64,000 nt of DNA from positions 1 to 64,000 of the IMG/VR virus record IMGVR_UViG_3300025015_000723; one strand, written 5' to 3'. The notes under the pieces are model-generated. The model did no database searches and was not told the origin of the DNA. It worked only from the letters and a program-made list of their open reading frames with translations. Shown here one piece after another: positions 49,857 to 61,700 of this stretch. Positions within the stretch are counted from its first letter, which is position 1, and every line of letters starts with the position of its first letter. The translations under genes were made by a program, and so were the position numbers. The stretch comes from an uncultured virus (IMG/VR IMGVR_UViG_3300025015_000723). Lineage: Duplodnaviria; Heunggongvirae; Uroviricota; Caudoviricetes.

Positions 49857-52800
49857 TTATCTAGGAGAACACTCTTTGGGATTATAAATAACGTTTCGAG
49901 CATTCTCACATGTCGAAGCCTGCCCCGTAGGTTGTAGCGTTGGGGAGGTGGCTCCTTCGGTAAAATAATCTTTACCAACAGTTTCACGGCCCACAGCCAC
50001 GACGACTGTTGCATTAGACGAACTCAAACTATAATATTCATTATCTTTTAATAATATTTCTTTTGTACCTGTTTCCGTTTGTTTACTAAATCTAGTAAAA
50101 TTAACATTTATGAGGCCCGATACTAATCTAAAAAGTTCAGATGAGACATATGAAGGTTGTAAAGTCCCGCCTAAACTTTCTGTATTCATAATGGTAAGAA
50201 GGGCATTCGATACAGCAGATTGCATAGTAACTGGATTACTGCCACTTGCGGCCACTATTGACACAGCCACAAATAATGGGACTTCGATAGCGGCTTTCAC
50301 CAATATGTCAGTATTAATAATGCGCTCGCTTTCTATAGTTTTAGTTAAGTCTCCAACCGATTTATTATAAAAGTATGTTGTTAAAATGCGCTCACCGGGT
50401 TTTGGAGAGGAATATGTATAATTTACTTTATAGCGCGTGGAGGAAATTGGAGAAGACACTAAGCTTACAGTTACACCAGTAAATAAAGAATAATTATCTG
50501 TGGATACTGCAATATTATCTATTGTGGCAAATCTCTTATATGTATATTGAGCATTGTTGGAGCCACTAATCGCTCCAGCAAAAATCAATCTATCATAGTT
50601 ACCAATATTAGCTAAACCAGAATTAGGATTAACATACATTGGATTATTCACATTTCTTATTGTGTCTTCAGTGAGCCCTTCCGTTGTTCCTAACACATAA
50701 TATGTTCTAATCGTACCGGTCTCATCAGCGTGGCGTGTAGTGTTGGATGTGGATGAAACTGGATGTCGCACTTCCCAAAGGAATGATAAATATATATCAT
50801 CTCCTGGGCGTGGTTGTGTTATATCTGTAGTTGAAATTAATAACTGTAGGCCATTGCTAGTTGTTGAATATGATACAATTTTATTTTCCTGAATAGTGTC
50901 ATTACTATACATTACAACTGGTTCTGGATAAGTGAAGGTGCCATTTAGCGACAAAGGATTTGTTTCAGGATAGACACGCCCAATAGTATCTCCCCTACGA
51001 GCCAATGATACATATGACGTCACCACATCTCTTTCATATACGCCGCCAATAATTCCAGAAGCATCAGTGGGCGGAATTACTCTAAAAACATAAGCCGCTC
51101 CAGTGTCATCGAGAGAAATATTTGATGTCACGCGCTGATATTGATTCATTACCGTAGTAATACTAATTCCCTGAACAACGGCAATACGTTTACCCGTACC
51201 ACGAGCAGAAACGGTTAAATTTATTTCATTGGGCACTGTAATGGAACCAGTAACACCACTTATGTTGATAGTATCTGATAAAACCACACCATTGATAATG
51301 TCATCTTTACCAACTTGCAATAAAGGTGCAGATGAATCTGTCCAATAAATCATATTATCAATTAATGAATAATCAAAAGACGGATCAAAATATTTATCCC
51401 AAGTATATGAAATTAAAACAGTGGCATCTGTGGTAGGTAAGGCTCTACCAGAAATCTTAATTTTACCGCTTGAATCATAGCTTTCAATAATATATCTTTC
51501 ACCAGTATCATAATTCTCCACCGCACTAACTGATGACACCGGAATATGTCTAGTATACACAGTGGCCACTAATGTTCCATTTTCATTTACAATGGAAGAA
51601 GATACAATCGCTGGCTCTTGATTAACCGGTAATTGTGAATGAATATCATCAATAGATGTCAAATCGGTATATTGAGTGAAATCATAAGAAGAGTCACGAG
51701 TTCTTGTAACGTCTTCAGCTATAATACTTTTTTCTTGTTTGAGCCATCTAATTCTATCAAAACCAAAACTACTATTAGCAAAGGCGGATGGAGAATCACT
51801 ATCAGCATCTTTAATAAGTGTGTAATTGACATCCTTTTCAAACGCTCCAGACTGAGAACCAACAACGCTAACTAAGTCGGCTATGGGCGCTTGCACATAT
51901 AATTGTGGGTCTGAAGCTAATAACTTTCTATTGCTGGCATCTAACTCTCTTAGTAATCCAGAAAATCTATCAATATAGGAAGAACGACCCAACACATAAT
52001 CATTAGAAGAATCTGTAATAGGCACGCCCGCTACGGGACTAAATATGAAATTTTCTTCTCCACGTTCTAGTTTTCGACCTGCGATATAAACATCCAACAT
52101 ACCACCAGAACCTGGAACAAGAACTGTTTCGCCGTCGGAAACCGTACCATCTCGGACCATTAATGGGTGGCCTGGTCCAATAATAGCAACGTCGCTCACT
52201 GTTGGTTGGGACATGAAAAATGATTTCAATCCAAACATAGTGGTTAAATTACTACCAGCAAATACTAATAATAATCTTTTTCTGAAATTATCATCTGACT
52301 CTAAATCTTCTCCACCAGAAGTGGTTTCAAAGTTAATAACATTATTGACGGCTGCTATTGCGTGTTTCCGAATAGAGCCCTTTGCAACATTGGATGTGGA
52401 TCCCTGATTAACTGCCGTAACCGACACAGCAATTGCATATGTATCGTAAATACCATTGGCATCTAGAAAACTACGATATTGATTTGCTGTTGCTCGATAA
52501 ATCTCTCTATTGGCACCAGAAATAACCACATCACCCACAATTCTAAAAGAGACTGGAGCATTAGTGGCAATAGAACTGGAAGAGGTATATACCAATGATC
52601 CAGAACGCACTATTATGCGCTCATCAGGGGATAACAATGAACGAGTTAATAACACCACACCACCAGCGGTTTGTGCTTGTTTTCTTTGCATGGAATAATT
52701 AGAAGCAAGTTTATCTAAATCAGAACCAAATACTGTTTTTACTGACTGCAGATTTTGCATATTTTTGACTTCAGCATATAAACCAGAAAGCTCATCGGCA

Positions 52801-52913
52801 TAAGAATCTAATAATTCCTTAATAACCGAGCCGTCAGTTAAATCTGCTCCCTGAATGCGACTACGGAGCTTATCTTTTAAATCAGCCACTATCTGCTGAT
52901 AATTTTTAATCAT
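49857..52913 (-). CDS. baseplate J/gp6-like wedge protein, enlarged (1018 aa)
   Basis: GSDLDKLASNY...RK.A..A.G.V, V.AV..G...NV, GGEDLESDDNFRKR, G.LDVYI. Confidence 0.85.
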   Translation of the reverse strand: MIKNYQQIVADLKDKLRSRIQGADLTDGSVIKELLDSYADELSGLYAEVKNMQNLQSVKTVFGSDLDKLASNYSMQRKQAQTAGGVVLLTRSLLSPDERIIVRSGSLVYTSSSSIATNAPVSFRIVGDVVISGANREIYRATANQYRSFLDANGIYDTYAIAVSVTAVNQGSTSNVAKGSIRKHAIAAVNNVINFETTSGGEDLESDDNFRKRLLLVFAGSNLTTMFGLKSFFMSQPTVSDVAIIGPGHPLMVRDGTVSDGETVLVPGSGGMLDVYIAGRKLERGEENFIFSPVAGVPITDSSNDYVLGRSSYIDRFSGLLRELDASNRKLLASDPQLYVQAPIADLVSVVGSQSGAFEKDVNYTLIKDADSDSPSAFANSSFGFDRIRWLKQEKSIIAEDVTRTRDSSYDFTQYTDLTSIDDIHSQLPVNQEPAIVSSSIVNENGTLVATVYTRHIPVSSVSAVENYDTGERYIIESYDSSGKIKISGRALPTTDATVLISYTWDKYFDPSFDYSLIDNMIYWTDSSAPLLQVGKDDIINGVVLSDTINISGVTGSITVPNEINLTVSARGTGKRIAVVQGISITTVMNQYQRVTSNISLDDTGAAYVFRVIPPTDASGIIGGVYERDVVTSYVSLARRGDTIGRVYPETNPLSLNGTFTYPEPVVMYSNDTIQENKIVSYSTTSNGLQLLISTTDITQPRPGDDIYLSFLWEVRHPVSSTSNTTRHADETGTIRTYYVLGTTEGLTEDTIRNVNNPMYVNPNSGLANIGNYDRLIFAGAISGSNNAQYTYKRFATIDNIAVSTDNYSLFTGVTVSLVSSPISSTRYKVNYTYSSPKPGERILTTYFYNKSVGDLTKTIESERIINTDILVKAAIEVPLFVAVSIVAASGSNPVTMQSAVSNALLTIMNTESLGGTLQPSYVSSELFRLVSGLINVNFTRFSKQTETGTKEILLKDNEYYSLSSSNATVVVAVGRETVGKDYFTEGATSPTLQPTGQASTCENARNVIYNPKECSPR

Positions 52914-53389
52914 TAGAACCCACCTCGCTCGGTTACCACACCACCGGTTACCTGTACTATAGCTCCAGGGGAAATGGTAAAGGTTTTAGCTACAACGTCC
53001 CCACTACCAGCTCTAATAGCAATACCTACATTAATTTGTCTAGGATCAGATAAAGATTTTTCAGCCATAACACTTAAAATTTCTCGTATCTCTTCTCCGG
53101 GACTCACATATTGATATCTAGCCTGTGTGGACTGTTGAGCCATTAAAAACTCTAAAGCTTCTTTCACAGAATCTTCAATTTTTGTGATAAAAATAAAATC
53201 TGGCATAAGGGGGCGAGCAATAATGCCACCAAGATTGGTTCCATAATATGGACGAAGCCTAACTTCTCCAAGCGGGGTTAAGAGAATTCTAACGAGGGAC
53301 TGAACTAGCTTATCCTCATTAGTTACCGTCTCCACCTTGCTATTTTGAAAAGATATGTCTCCGTTTTCGATTCGAAGGTCAAAAGACAC
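52913..53389 (-). CDS. gp25/GPW-like baseplate wedge subunit
   Basis: KLVQSLVRILLTPLG....PYYGT.L; directly before baseplate J. Confidence 0.78.
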   Translation of the reverse strand: MSFDLRIENGDISFQNSKVETVTNEDKLVQSLVRILLTPLGEVRLRPYYGTNLGGIIARPLMPDFIFITKIEDSVKEALEFLMAQQSTQARYQYVSPGEEIREILSVMAEKSLSDPRQINVGIAIRAGSGDVVAKTFTISPGAIVQVTGGVVTERGGF

Positions 53390-53427
53390 GTAAATCCCTC
53401 CAGATTATCAGCTTTTATTAATAGGTA

Positions 53428-55230
53428 TTATCCTTTAGATAAGTTTTTAGCTAATTCTCTAATTTTCTTAGAAATATCAGTATTTAACTCGTATTTAATA
53501 CCACTAGCTCCGCGACCAGGTGCCACTGCATCAACCCAACAATAATCGTCTGGTCCTTTATTTGTATTATTTGGATTAGTGAAACCTAAGGCACAGGAGG
53601 GCGGTTTTGCTTTAGCTAATTTAGCACGCTCAGCTTGGACTTCATCTCTCGTCGTAAGCATCGTATCAACGTGCTTTACTATTACATAACCCTTTCCCCT
53701 TTCTATAACCTGATTAGTAATTTCTTCTTTAAGTTGTGATGCTTGATTTTTTTGTTCTTGAGATGAATCTGTCCCACTGATTATTCTACTCAAAGAAGCA
53801 GTTACATTATTATATTTAGTATAGTTACCACTTTCCCAATCAGATTTAGCTTGATTATAAATTGTGTCCCATGCAGCGGATGGATGTGATTCTGGTTGGA
53901 GAGGGGGTGAGGGGGCTTTTGTATTATCCCTAGATGGAGAATAACTACCGGCCCCATTGTAATGCCTACACTCTGAGCATGTACCTTTCATGGTTTTTAA
54001 ACAAGAAGCAAAATAAGATACAACCATTCGCATAGTGAGCGTATTGGGATCATTTTCCAACCCCTTCCCCTCTACTAATACAGAATATACATCACCAGAA
54101 AATCTATACCTAGCTGCATATGCTTGGCTACGATTTAATAAATCCAATTTTTGTTTACGCATAGTATCCGCACCGGTATTTAACCATGCGCTGGAGAGTG
54201 ATGTATTTTGCATAAGGCTTGCTGTTTCTGGTGTGGTGGCAAACACATTACCCGCATCGTTCCTATCAAATCTAAATTTTTGATAGTCAATACTTCCAAA
54301 TTTTGCCTCTTCTTTAAATAGTTCTTTTTGTTCAAGAGGAGAAAAAGAAGTAGATGCAAAACTTTCAATAGTGTTAATTATTCCTTGAGCTTTATTTACA
54401 CCTTTAGATAAATCATCACTAATTTTTTGTTTGGTTGGTGTTACTCCCGCTTTCGCGGAAGCAATAGTAGAAAGTATTTGTGTACCAGTGGTTCTAATTG
54501 CATCTGCCACCGACATAGTAGCCACTAAATTATGTCCATCTAGTTCTCTAAGTCTTTTAATCATAGACTCATAAAGTTTATTAATTAAATCTTGACCAGA
54601 AACCTCTTGCCCATCAATACTTTGAACCACTCCCTTGTCATGCAATAGAGCATATACAAAATATACAAAAGGTTTTTGACTACCTGCTAAAAGCTGTTCT
54701 TCTGGAATTTCATCAGACTTCAACCCCAAAAGCCTTTCAAACGAACCACGCAAGGTTTCCCATTTAGCTTGACCTGCCGTATCAACATATGAGGCCTGAC
54801 CAGCTTTTACAGAACTAATAATACCCATCATGTCACGAGCAACATCTGCTGGTGTTTCATTTCCCACGCTTTGTTTATATGCTTTAAGTTCTTCGGTTTT
54901 GGGGGTCAATGTGGTTTGGGTGGGCCCTGGGGCCGAGGTCATTGGACGAGAAGATGGAGATAACGGATCTGGAAGGTTAAGTGGAGGGGCGGAAGGTGTT
55001 AATGCTGGCACGAGAGATTGTTTTGCTACCTCTATAGCAGCACTTAAAGCTAAATTTAAATCATCTCTATTTGCATAATTTTCAAATCCACTACTAGTAA
55101 TATTCAAAGGAGAACTAGACCCAATGGGAAACACAGACGTAATAATTCTAGTAGAATCATCCACATTATCAGTATTAACTACAATTTTATGTCCATAAGC
55201 AAAGTCAACACATCTAGCTTGATATATCAT
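53428..55230 (-). CDS. hypothetical protein in the baseplate operon (600 aa)
   Basis: Coupled ORF; Pro-rich linkers; CSECRHY motif. Confidence 0.6.
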   Translation of the reverse strand: MIYQARCVDFAYGHKIVVNTDNVDDSTRIITSVFPIGSSSPLNITSSGFENYANRDDLNLALSAAIEVAKQSLVPALTPSAPPLNLPDPLSPSSRPMTSAPGPTQTTLTPKTEELKAYKQSVGNETPADVARDMMGIISSVKAGQASYVDTAGQAKWETLRGSFERLLGLKSDEIPEEQLLAGSQKPFVYFVYALLHDKGVVQSIDGQEVSGQDLINKLYESMIKRLRELDGHNLVATMSVADAIRTTGTQILSTIASAKAGVTPTKQKISDDLSKGVNKAQGIINTIESFASTSFSPLEQKELFKEEAKFGSIDYQKFRFDRNDAGNVFATTPETASLMQNTSLSSAWLNTGADTMRKQKLDLLNRSQAYAARYRFSGDVYSVLVEGKGLENDPNTLTMRMVVSYFASCLKTMKGTCSECRHYNGAGSYSPSRDNTKAPSPPLQPESHPSAAWDTIYNQAKSDWESGNYTKYNNVTASLSRIISGTDSSQEQKNQASQLKEEITNQVIERGKGYVIVKHVDTMLTTRDEVQAERAKLAKAKPPSCALGFTNPNNTNKGPDDYCWVDAVAPGRGASGIKYELNTDISKKIRELAKNLSKG

Positions 55231-57743
55231 CCCACACTCACTATGGTATCTAATTCAGATGTAATCATTTGTGCATCCGTGACAGTTAAACGAACAGTAT
55301 ATGTGCCAGAAAGAGCATAAAAATGCTCAAATGAAAATATGCCCCCTGATGAGACTGGATATAAAATTTGACCATCTCCCATGTCCACTGTTAATGTATG
55401 TGGAGCTAAGCCACGCGAAATAGAAATCTCCATAATTAATTTACGAGGACAAAGTTGTTTATCTTCCGTTATATTACGTAATAAAATTATTGGCGCTCCG
55501 TATATTGAGATTGTAGAATTGACATCCAGTGTCTCCGAACACCCATTTGGATCCGTTAAATGTAAAGAAATGGTGTATTCGGCAGGAGTAGTGTAAGTGT
55601 GTGTTTGATCAGCTCCAGAATTCACTTCTCCATCACCAAAATCCCAAGAATATTCATATTGGTTTGGTAATCCAGTAGAAGTAACACATGGAGCTAAATC
55701 AATTGTATATCCCGGGAGTCTATCATTTCCTATTACATTAGTAACCATATAATTAATATAAGCATCCAATCGTGGATAAATAACAAAATCTATACTTCCA
55801 CTAATGACAGTTCCCATGGCATCTGTTACCACTATTGATACAGTGTGCTCTCCTTCTTCAAATACTTCGGCCAATAATTCACCAACATCATTAACAGAAA
55901 CAGCATCCACGGCCCATACATATTCATATGGTTCCAAGCCCCCAGCAACAATAGCTGTAAAGCTTTTAGATACATTTGGACAATTTACTGCATCAGATTC
56001 TAAATTAAGGGTAAGTGGTTCCACTGCAGTTACGTCAAATTCGGTGGGCCCCACGGCGCCGTGTGTGGTGCCAGGTAAAGGTAGTGTAACTTCATAACAG
56101 CCGTTTCCGTCTATAGAAATTCCAAACGGTTCTATAGTTAAATCTTCAACATATCTATATGCGACTGTTATACAAAATGGTTCCTGTGGAATAACGTGTG
56201 TGGGCACTGTTACGTTCACATATTCTGTTAACACTTCCACGTTACATGTTGCCTCTTGGGCTAAACCAGAAATTAAGTCTGTAGCAATAAAAGTTACAAC
56301 ATATACACCAGCAATAATATAAGTATGAGTGGGTGAGGGGTCCGTGGAGGTTGTTTCGTCTCCAAAGTCCCATGAATAAGACATTGTATGATAGTTTAAA
56401 TCTGGAACACCAGCATCTAATACTAAGTTTCCAGAGCTATCAAATACTGTTGGTCCAAAAGACACAGTTCTATTTTCATATATCGGCTGTAAATTACCAC
56501 AGCGCATATTTACAATTGGTGAAAAATAAGTAATGCACGTATTAGTGGGATCTTCTCCGGCCAACACATCGGTATTACAACCCAATGTGGGTGAACCGGG
56601 ACTGTAAAATTTAGTTTGGACATCTTCATCAATGGAATTTGCCGTGTCTTCATCATATCTTTTAGCCGCTTTTCGTGCTAATGTTAACGTTGAGGCGGCA
56701 TAAGCAGAAATTTCCAACTCTGGATCCGTGGAGGCCAGAGCATCTGTATATAAATTATTTAACGTTCGCGTAACGGTTGTTGGCTTAACATATTTACGAG
56801 CAGCTAATTCTATTAAAGCATCCGCTATTATTGCTTTGGTTAGGGCTTTATGAAATAATGAATTATCTGCGTCAATGACTGGGGCTTCCGCGATGTAACT
56901 TTCATATTTTAATATCCCCAAGGAATCATATATAGCATAATCAAATGCGTCTAAACGAATAGCCGCAAAATATACTACATAATCATCAGGGGTGCCACTT
57001 ACTTGAAAAAAAGACCCAGGAACATCTACATATGCTCCACCATATAAATCAGTAACTTTAAAGGGCTGGATAGTTGGATTTCTCTCCACGGTAACAAAAT
57101 ATCCATCTGTAGAGACTTCTGATATTATCCAATTATAAGCCTTCATAGTAGTTATAATAGAGTTTCTAGTAGCTACATCAATACCTGATGAAGTATTTAA
57201 TGATAATTTATCTAAAACCAAATTTCCATCTACAAATGAACTATCTATCCAAGCTCCATCAATTGGAGATTCTGTTAAATATATATCTCTAATTACAATT
57301 TTATCTCCAGCTACAACACCTAAAGAAATAAAATCATAATTTGAAGTTTCCATCAACATTAATTCACTATCTATTTCATAAGCGTTTCCAACTACTGAGC
57401 CCTCATATTGATAACGCGTTGGTTCCGCGTTTCTAGATTGATTAATAATGGGAGGATCATCAATAAGATCTGCTAAATAATCCTCTTCCGTTGTTGACAC
57501 ATAATCGGCGTCACCCAATCGTCCCAAAGCATAAACACAAGAATTAATAATTGCTTGACCTATAGAGCCCGATACCAACACAAATTCTGAACTTGGACCA
57601 TTAATACGACCCTTGAAAGCATCTATAATAGCTGGCGTATTAGCTTGCACTCTAATAGCCTCTTGCACGCCGCCCAGGCGAATTGTGGCAACTGGATCGT
57701 TAATGCGACTTAATAGATCGGCTTCGTCAAATGCACAATACAT
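55227..57743 (-). CDS. PKD-domain structural protein
   Basis: YSWDFGD...PTHTY...G.Y.V motif twice, plus two degenerate copies. Confidence 0.78.
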   Translation of the reverse strand: MYCAFDEADLLSRINDPVATIRLGGVQEAIRVQANTPAIIDAFKGRINGPSSEFVLVSGSIGQAIINSCVYALGRLGDADYVSTTEEDYLADLIDDPPIINQSRNAEPTRYQYEGSVVGNAYEIDSELMLMETSNYDFISLGVVAGDKIVIRDIYLTESPIDGAWIDSSFVDGNLVLDKLSLNTSSGIDVATRNSIITTMKAYNWIISEVSTDGYFVTVERNPTIQPFKVTDLYGGAYVDVPGSFFQVSGTPDDYVVYFAAIRLDAFDYAIYDSLGILKYESYIAEAPVIDADNSLFHKALTKAIIADALIELAARKYVKPTTVTRTLNNLYTDALASTDPELEISAYAASTLTLARKAAKRYDEDTANSIDEDVQTKFYSPGSPTLGCNTDVLAGEDPTNTCITYFSPIVNMRCGNLQPIYENRTVSFGPTVFDSSGNLVLDAGVPDLNYHTMSYSWDFGDETTSTDPSPTHTYIIAGVYVVTFIATDLISGLAQEATCNVEVLTEYVNVTVPTHVIPQEPFCITVAYRYVEDLTIEPFGISIDGNGCYEVTLPLPGTTHGAVGPTEFDVTAVEPLTLNLESDAVNCPNVSKSFTAIVAGGLEPYEYVWAVDAVSVNDVGELLAEVFEEGEHTVSIVVTDAMGTVISGSIDFVIYPRLDAYINYMVTNVIGNDRLPGYTIDLAPCVTSTGLPNQYEYSWDFGDGEVNSGADQTHTYTTPAEYTISLHLTDPNGCSETLDVNSTISIYGAPIILLRNITEDKQLCPRKLIMEISISRGLAPHTLTVDMGDGQILYPVSSGGIFSFEHFYALSGTYTVRLTVTDAQMITSELDTIVSVG

Positions 57744-58750
57744 TATCCGCCTCCGGGGCCACCAAATGCGGCGTATTTAAGTTCTCTGAATTTTTCTTTT
57801 ACCAATGAAAGAGTATGATCAAACATTTTAAGAGAAATTCCTTCAGATTCCGTAATTAACACACTTAAAAAATTAAGCATATCTTGTAATGCAGCAAAAA
57901 AGGCCGCTAAAGCAGAGAGAATAGCCTGCAACACCTGAACCACTTCCGCTACTATTGTCCCCTGAATACCGATAGCGATGCCTGCCGCTTGCAATGCTGA
58001 TAAAAATGCTCTTAATAATCCAAAAATTGAACAAATCATAGACTTAAGCATATTGGCTATTTTAAAAATATCATTAACTTTATCCATCGCCTTTTTTTCT
58101 TGGGTGTCCATATCATCAATTAATTTTCTAATTTTACCAACACCCTTTTTCATAAGGTCTTTAGTATTTTTAATAGCCACTACCGCTTGCTGTGAATCCC
58201 ACCAATTTTTAGCTGTTTCCTTCATTATTTTAGAAAATTCACTTTTATTATCTTTCATTTGTTTAAGATTCATTTGTCTTCCGGCTATAGTAACATTCAA
58301 GTCGCTTAAAGTTTTAATATTCATAAGCCCTTGGCCCTTAATACCAGCAGCACTTACAGCAATGTCTGTATGGATTTTAATAATACCCATGTTAATATCG
58401 CCAAGAGATTGAATGGATCCAGATAACATCGAGATAGCAGAAGCGATTGGACCTAAATCTATAGCCCCAAGCGAAGCTCCCACAACTTGCGATAAAGCCT
58501 TTACTATAGATAAATAAATTCTTAACGGGCCCATAACACAGAAGTCCATTTTATCTACAGCCTCTAGAGCACGTTGAATGTGCTCTTTATTAGAACATTC
58601 TGCAGCAGAAAGAGCCTCTGTAATTGTTGTCACTCCTCCGGGTCCGCCTTGACCAGAACCACCAGACCCAAAGTCTCCAAATAAAGAACCTAGAAATTCA
58701 TCTAACTTACCGCCAAATTCAATATCATATTGGGTAGTACTGACTTGCAT
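57743..58750 (-). CDS. helical protein with long hydrophobic/amphipathic segments
   Basis: IFGLLRAFLSALQAAGIAIGI...AILSALAAFFAAL; follows the spike gene. Confidence 0.6.
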   Translation of the reverse strand: MQVSTTQYDIEFGGKLDEFLGSLFGDFGSGGSGQGGPGGVTTITEALSAAECSNKEHIQRALEAVDKMDFCVMGPLRIYLSIVKALSQVVGASLGAIDLGPIASAISMLSGSIQSLGDINMGIIKIHTDIAVSAAGIKGQGLMNIKTLSDLNVTIAGRQMNLKQMKDNKSEFSKIMKETAKNWWDSQQAVVAIKNTKDLMKKGVGKIRKLIDDMDTQEKKAMDKVNDIFKIANMLKSMICSIFGLLRAFLSALQAAGIAIGIQGTIVAEVVQVLQAILSALAAFFAALQDMLNFLSVLITESEGISLKMFDHTLSLVKEKFRELKYAAFGGPGGG

Positions 58751-61700
58751 TTACTTCTCCTCTGTGACCCCTAACTCTTTTCCACTATAGATCTTAACTC
58801 CATTAACTATATTTGTGAGATTGCCATTATATGTTTGTCTAATTTCTGGTGCATCATATACAAAATCAATTGCATCTGTAGCATGAATTTGCTCATGATA
58901 TTTTTTAGTCGTAATGTCCACTTGAACAGAATCAGATTCCAATACCACAATTTTTACATTACCACTAACAGCTAAAATTAAGCCGTCTCCGGTATTAGAA
59001 TCGCCAAAGTCATTTGTTTTAGTATTACCAGGTTTAATTGATATATGTGCCCCACCAGCCATTTGGACATTAAGACTACGACCACCATCACCGCCTGGTC
59101 TATTGTCTTTTCCAAAATAAGCACTCATAGAACCATCACAATGTATAATGGCACTACGATTCTTTTTATCTACACCAATTTGAGCTATCACCGACCCCGC
59201 CGTATCTAAAACAAGTGATTCTTTATCTTTATTCATTCCCAACGTTAACCAGTTGGAGCCAAGTGTTTTTAAGTTTAAAGAGGTACCTTCATAATTAACT
59301 TGTTGTATTGCAGCTTGCCAGGTAGCATAATCATCTTTATGTGGGCGCGGTTCTTCGGCTCCCGCTGCCTGTCGAGTCGCCTGGTCAATGTGAGGGTGAT
59401 ACCCTACCTTCTCGTATTTCTTTCCACCGTTCGCTGGTCCTGTGCCATCTGGGTTAGCCTCAGACGAGTATTGATAGTCTGAATTTGAAGATGGATAACC
59501 CTGAAGCCCCTCATCTGTATTATGTTCTACATCTTCATTATCTTTACCTACAATTAATTTAATTCCACCCTTTAATAAACCATATAAAGATTTACCTTCA
59601 TATTTGGTTTTTCCAACCGTTGTTTGAATGGCTCCATCACATTCTAATGATAAACTGCGATAATCGTCTATGTCTGCTCCCAACCAAGCTATAACCTGAC
59701 CAGAAGTATCTAGACGTAAAGAAGTTCTATTTCCCTTACGATAAGTATAATCTAAATCGTCTCTGATGGTAAGTAACACATCGGCCTCAGTATTAATATT
59801 GATGCTACCGGCTTCTGTATCTCTTGCATCTGCCTTGAGAGTGAGTCTTTCATCATTATTTCTAGTTTCACTATCATATGAGCCCAAACCCTGCGAACGA
59901 TGTCTATTATTAACAACATGGGCCACTTCTTCAAATAGACCATGTTTAATTCTAGCTTTTCGAACCTCATCAGTAAGTTTTTTATTAATAACATTATTGG
60001 GTTCATGGTGATTTTTGGGATCAGCGGCCTCAAGAGATCTATCAGCTATTTTATTAGTTGACTCTGGCGTTTGTTTTCCCTTACCGTCGGGAAATGGTTG
60101 AGGTTCAGCTCCCTTAAAGGTGCCGTCTATTAAACGGGGATTGTAAGCAATTTTATCATGTCTCTCTTCATCAAATTCATCCCAAGTCTCAGTAGACTGA
60201 GAAGAATCAAAAAATCTATAACCAACATTAATTTTACTATCTATATCAAAAGTCGTGTTTGGATTATAATCTCTAAAATAATGAATAAGTTTTCTACGTA
60301 ACGATATACCATAATTAGCTTTACCTATATGTAATTTCAATCCAGCCTTCATGTTTAAATCAAGGCTCAACTCCCTTTCAATGGACCTGCCTATAGTGCC
60401 AGTAATTGAACCATCTGTTTCAAATACTAAAGATCGTCTATCATTAAATATTTTTTCTTGAGAAGATTTACCGCTTCGGGCAGCTACTTTAGTGTCTCCC
60501 CACGGAGCCTCAGCTTGGCATTCGCAAGGTTGTACATCGTACATTCTACCTAAACGTAAAATTGCTCCGCCACGTAAATCCGCTACAAGAGATTTCCAAT
60601 CTGCATGATCGCGCCCGATTGACAGATCCATACGACCATCTAAACTAATTTTTGCAGATTGACCTATAGGACAATAAGCTTTAGTGTGACTATCTCCAGA
60701 CGCATTATCAAATAAATCAGTTTTTTCTTGACTAGACGCTGTGCCAGTTTCAGCATTAGCTCCAACAGGAGAAAGCATAGCATAGTGTTTTACGCCTACA
60801 TTATCTGTTAAAACTCGAAGTTCACCACCAATCGTATTTAAAGAAGTTTGATGAACAGGATGATAAAGCTCACCACCATAACGTTTAATGCGTTGAAAAA
60901 GCTCTAAGTTTTTAGTTTTAGAGCGCACATGATTTTCTTCTGGACTGCTTTGTATTGAAACTTCAGCGGTCTCATCAAGGTCATATTTAGTCCATTCTGC
61001 AATTGAATGAGTTAATGAAGAGGCTGGAACATGTAATTTAAAAGTTCCATTTTTATCAACAGAAAAATCGAATATTGGCGGTAAAAATGCACCCTTGTTA
61101 GACTTGAGTTCATTTAGGTCATCTGGATTAATATTACTCCAAATATCACTGTCCAACGCCGTATCATAGGCCCAGTTTTTAGATATTTGACCCTTAGCTA
61201 AGCCCTCAAATCGTCTTGCACCATCTTTACCATCACTATGATGCATTTCTCTTTTATAGTCGGTTCCAAGTGTGTTAATCCTAATATTAAGTACAGTGGC
61301 ATTATTAAGTAAAGTTGGGTAAGCTTTAGAAAGCTTATCTTCTTGAGTGCCCGAAACGCTCACGCCCTCAAGCAACACAGTATTAATTTCAGCATGAGAG
61401 GCAGAGTCGTCTGCGTGAATTGGCATATGATTAATATCCAATACTAAGCCATTAATATCTACAAGTGGGCCATATACTATCTCAGCCAAATCATTGTCTG
61501 CTAATTCCAAAGTGTTAGATCGCAAATACACTTTTCTATAAAAATTTCTATTCTCGTCTTCTGCTTTAATTTGATCATCTAATGGATCTAAATATGAAGC
61601 AGCAAATTCACGATATACGATTCTACATTCAGCTAAACCTTCATTTTTAGATTTATTGATGGGCGCCTGATTCATGTCTTTACTATTTTTACCAGCAAAC

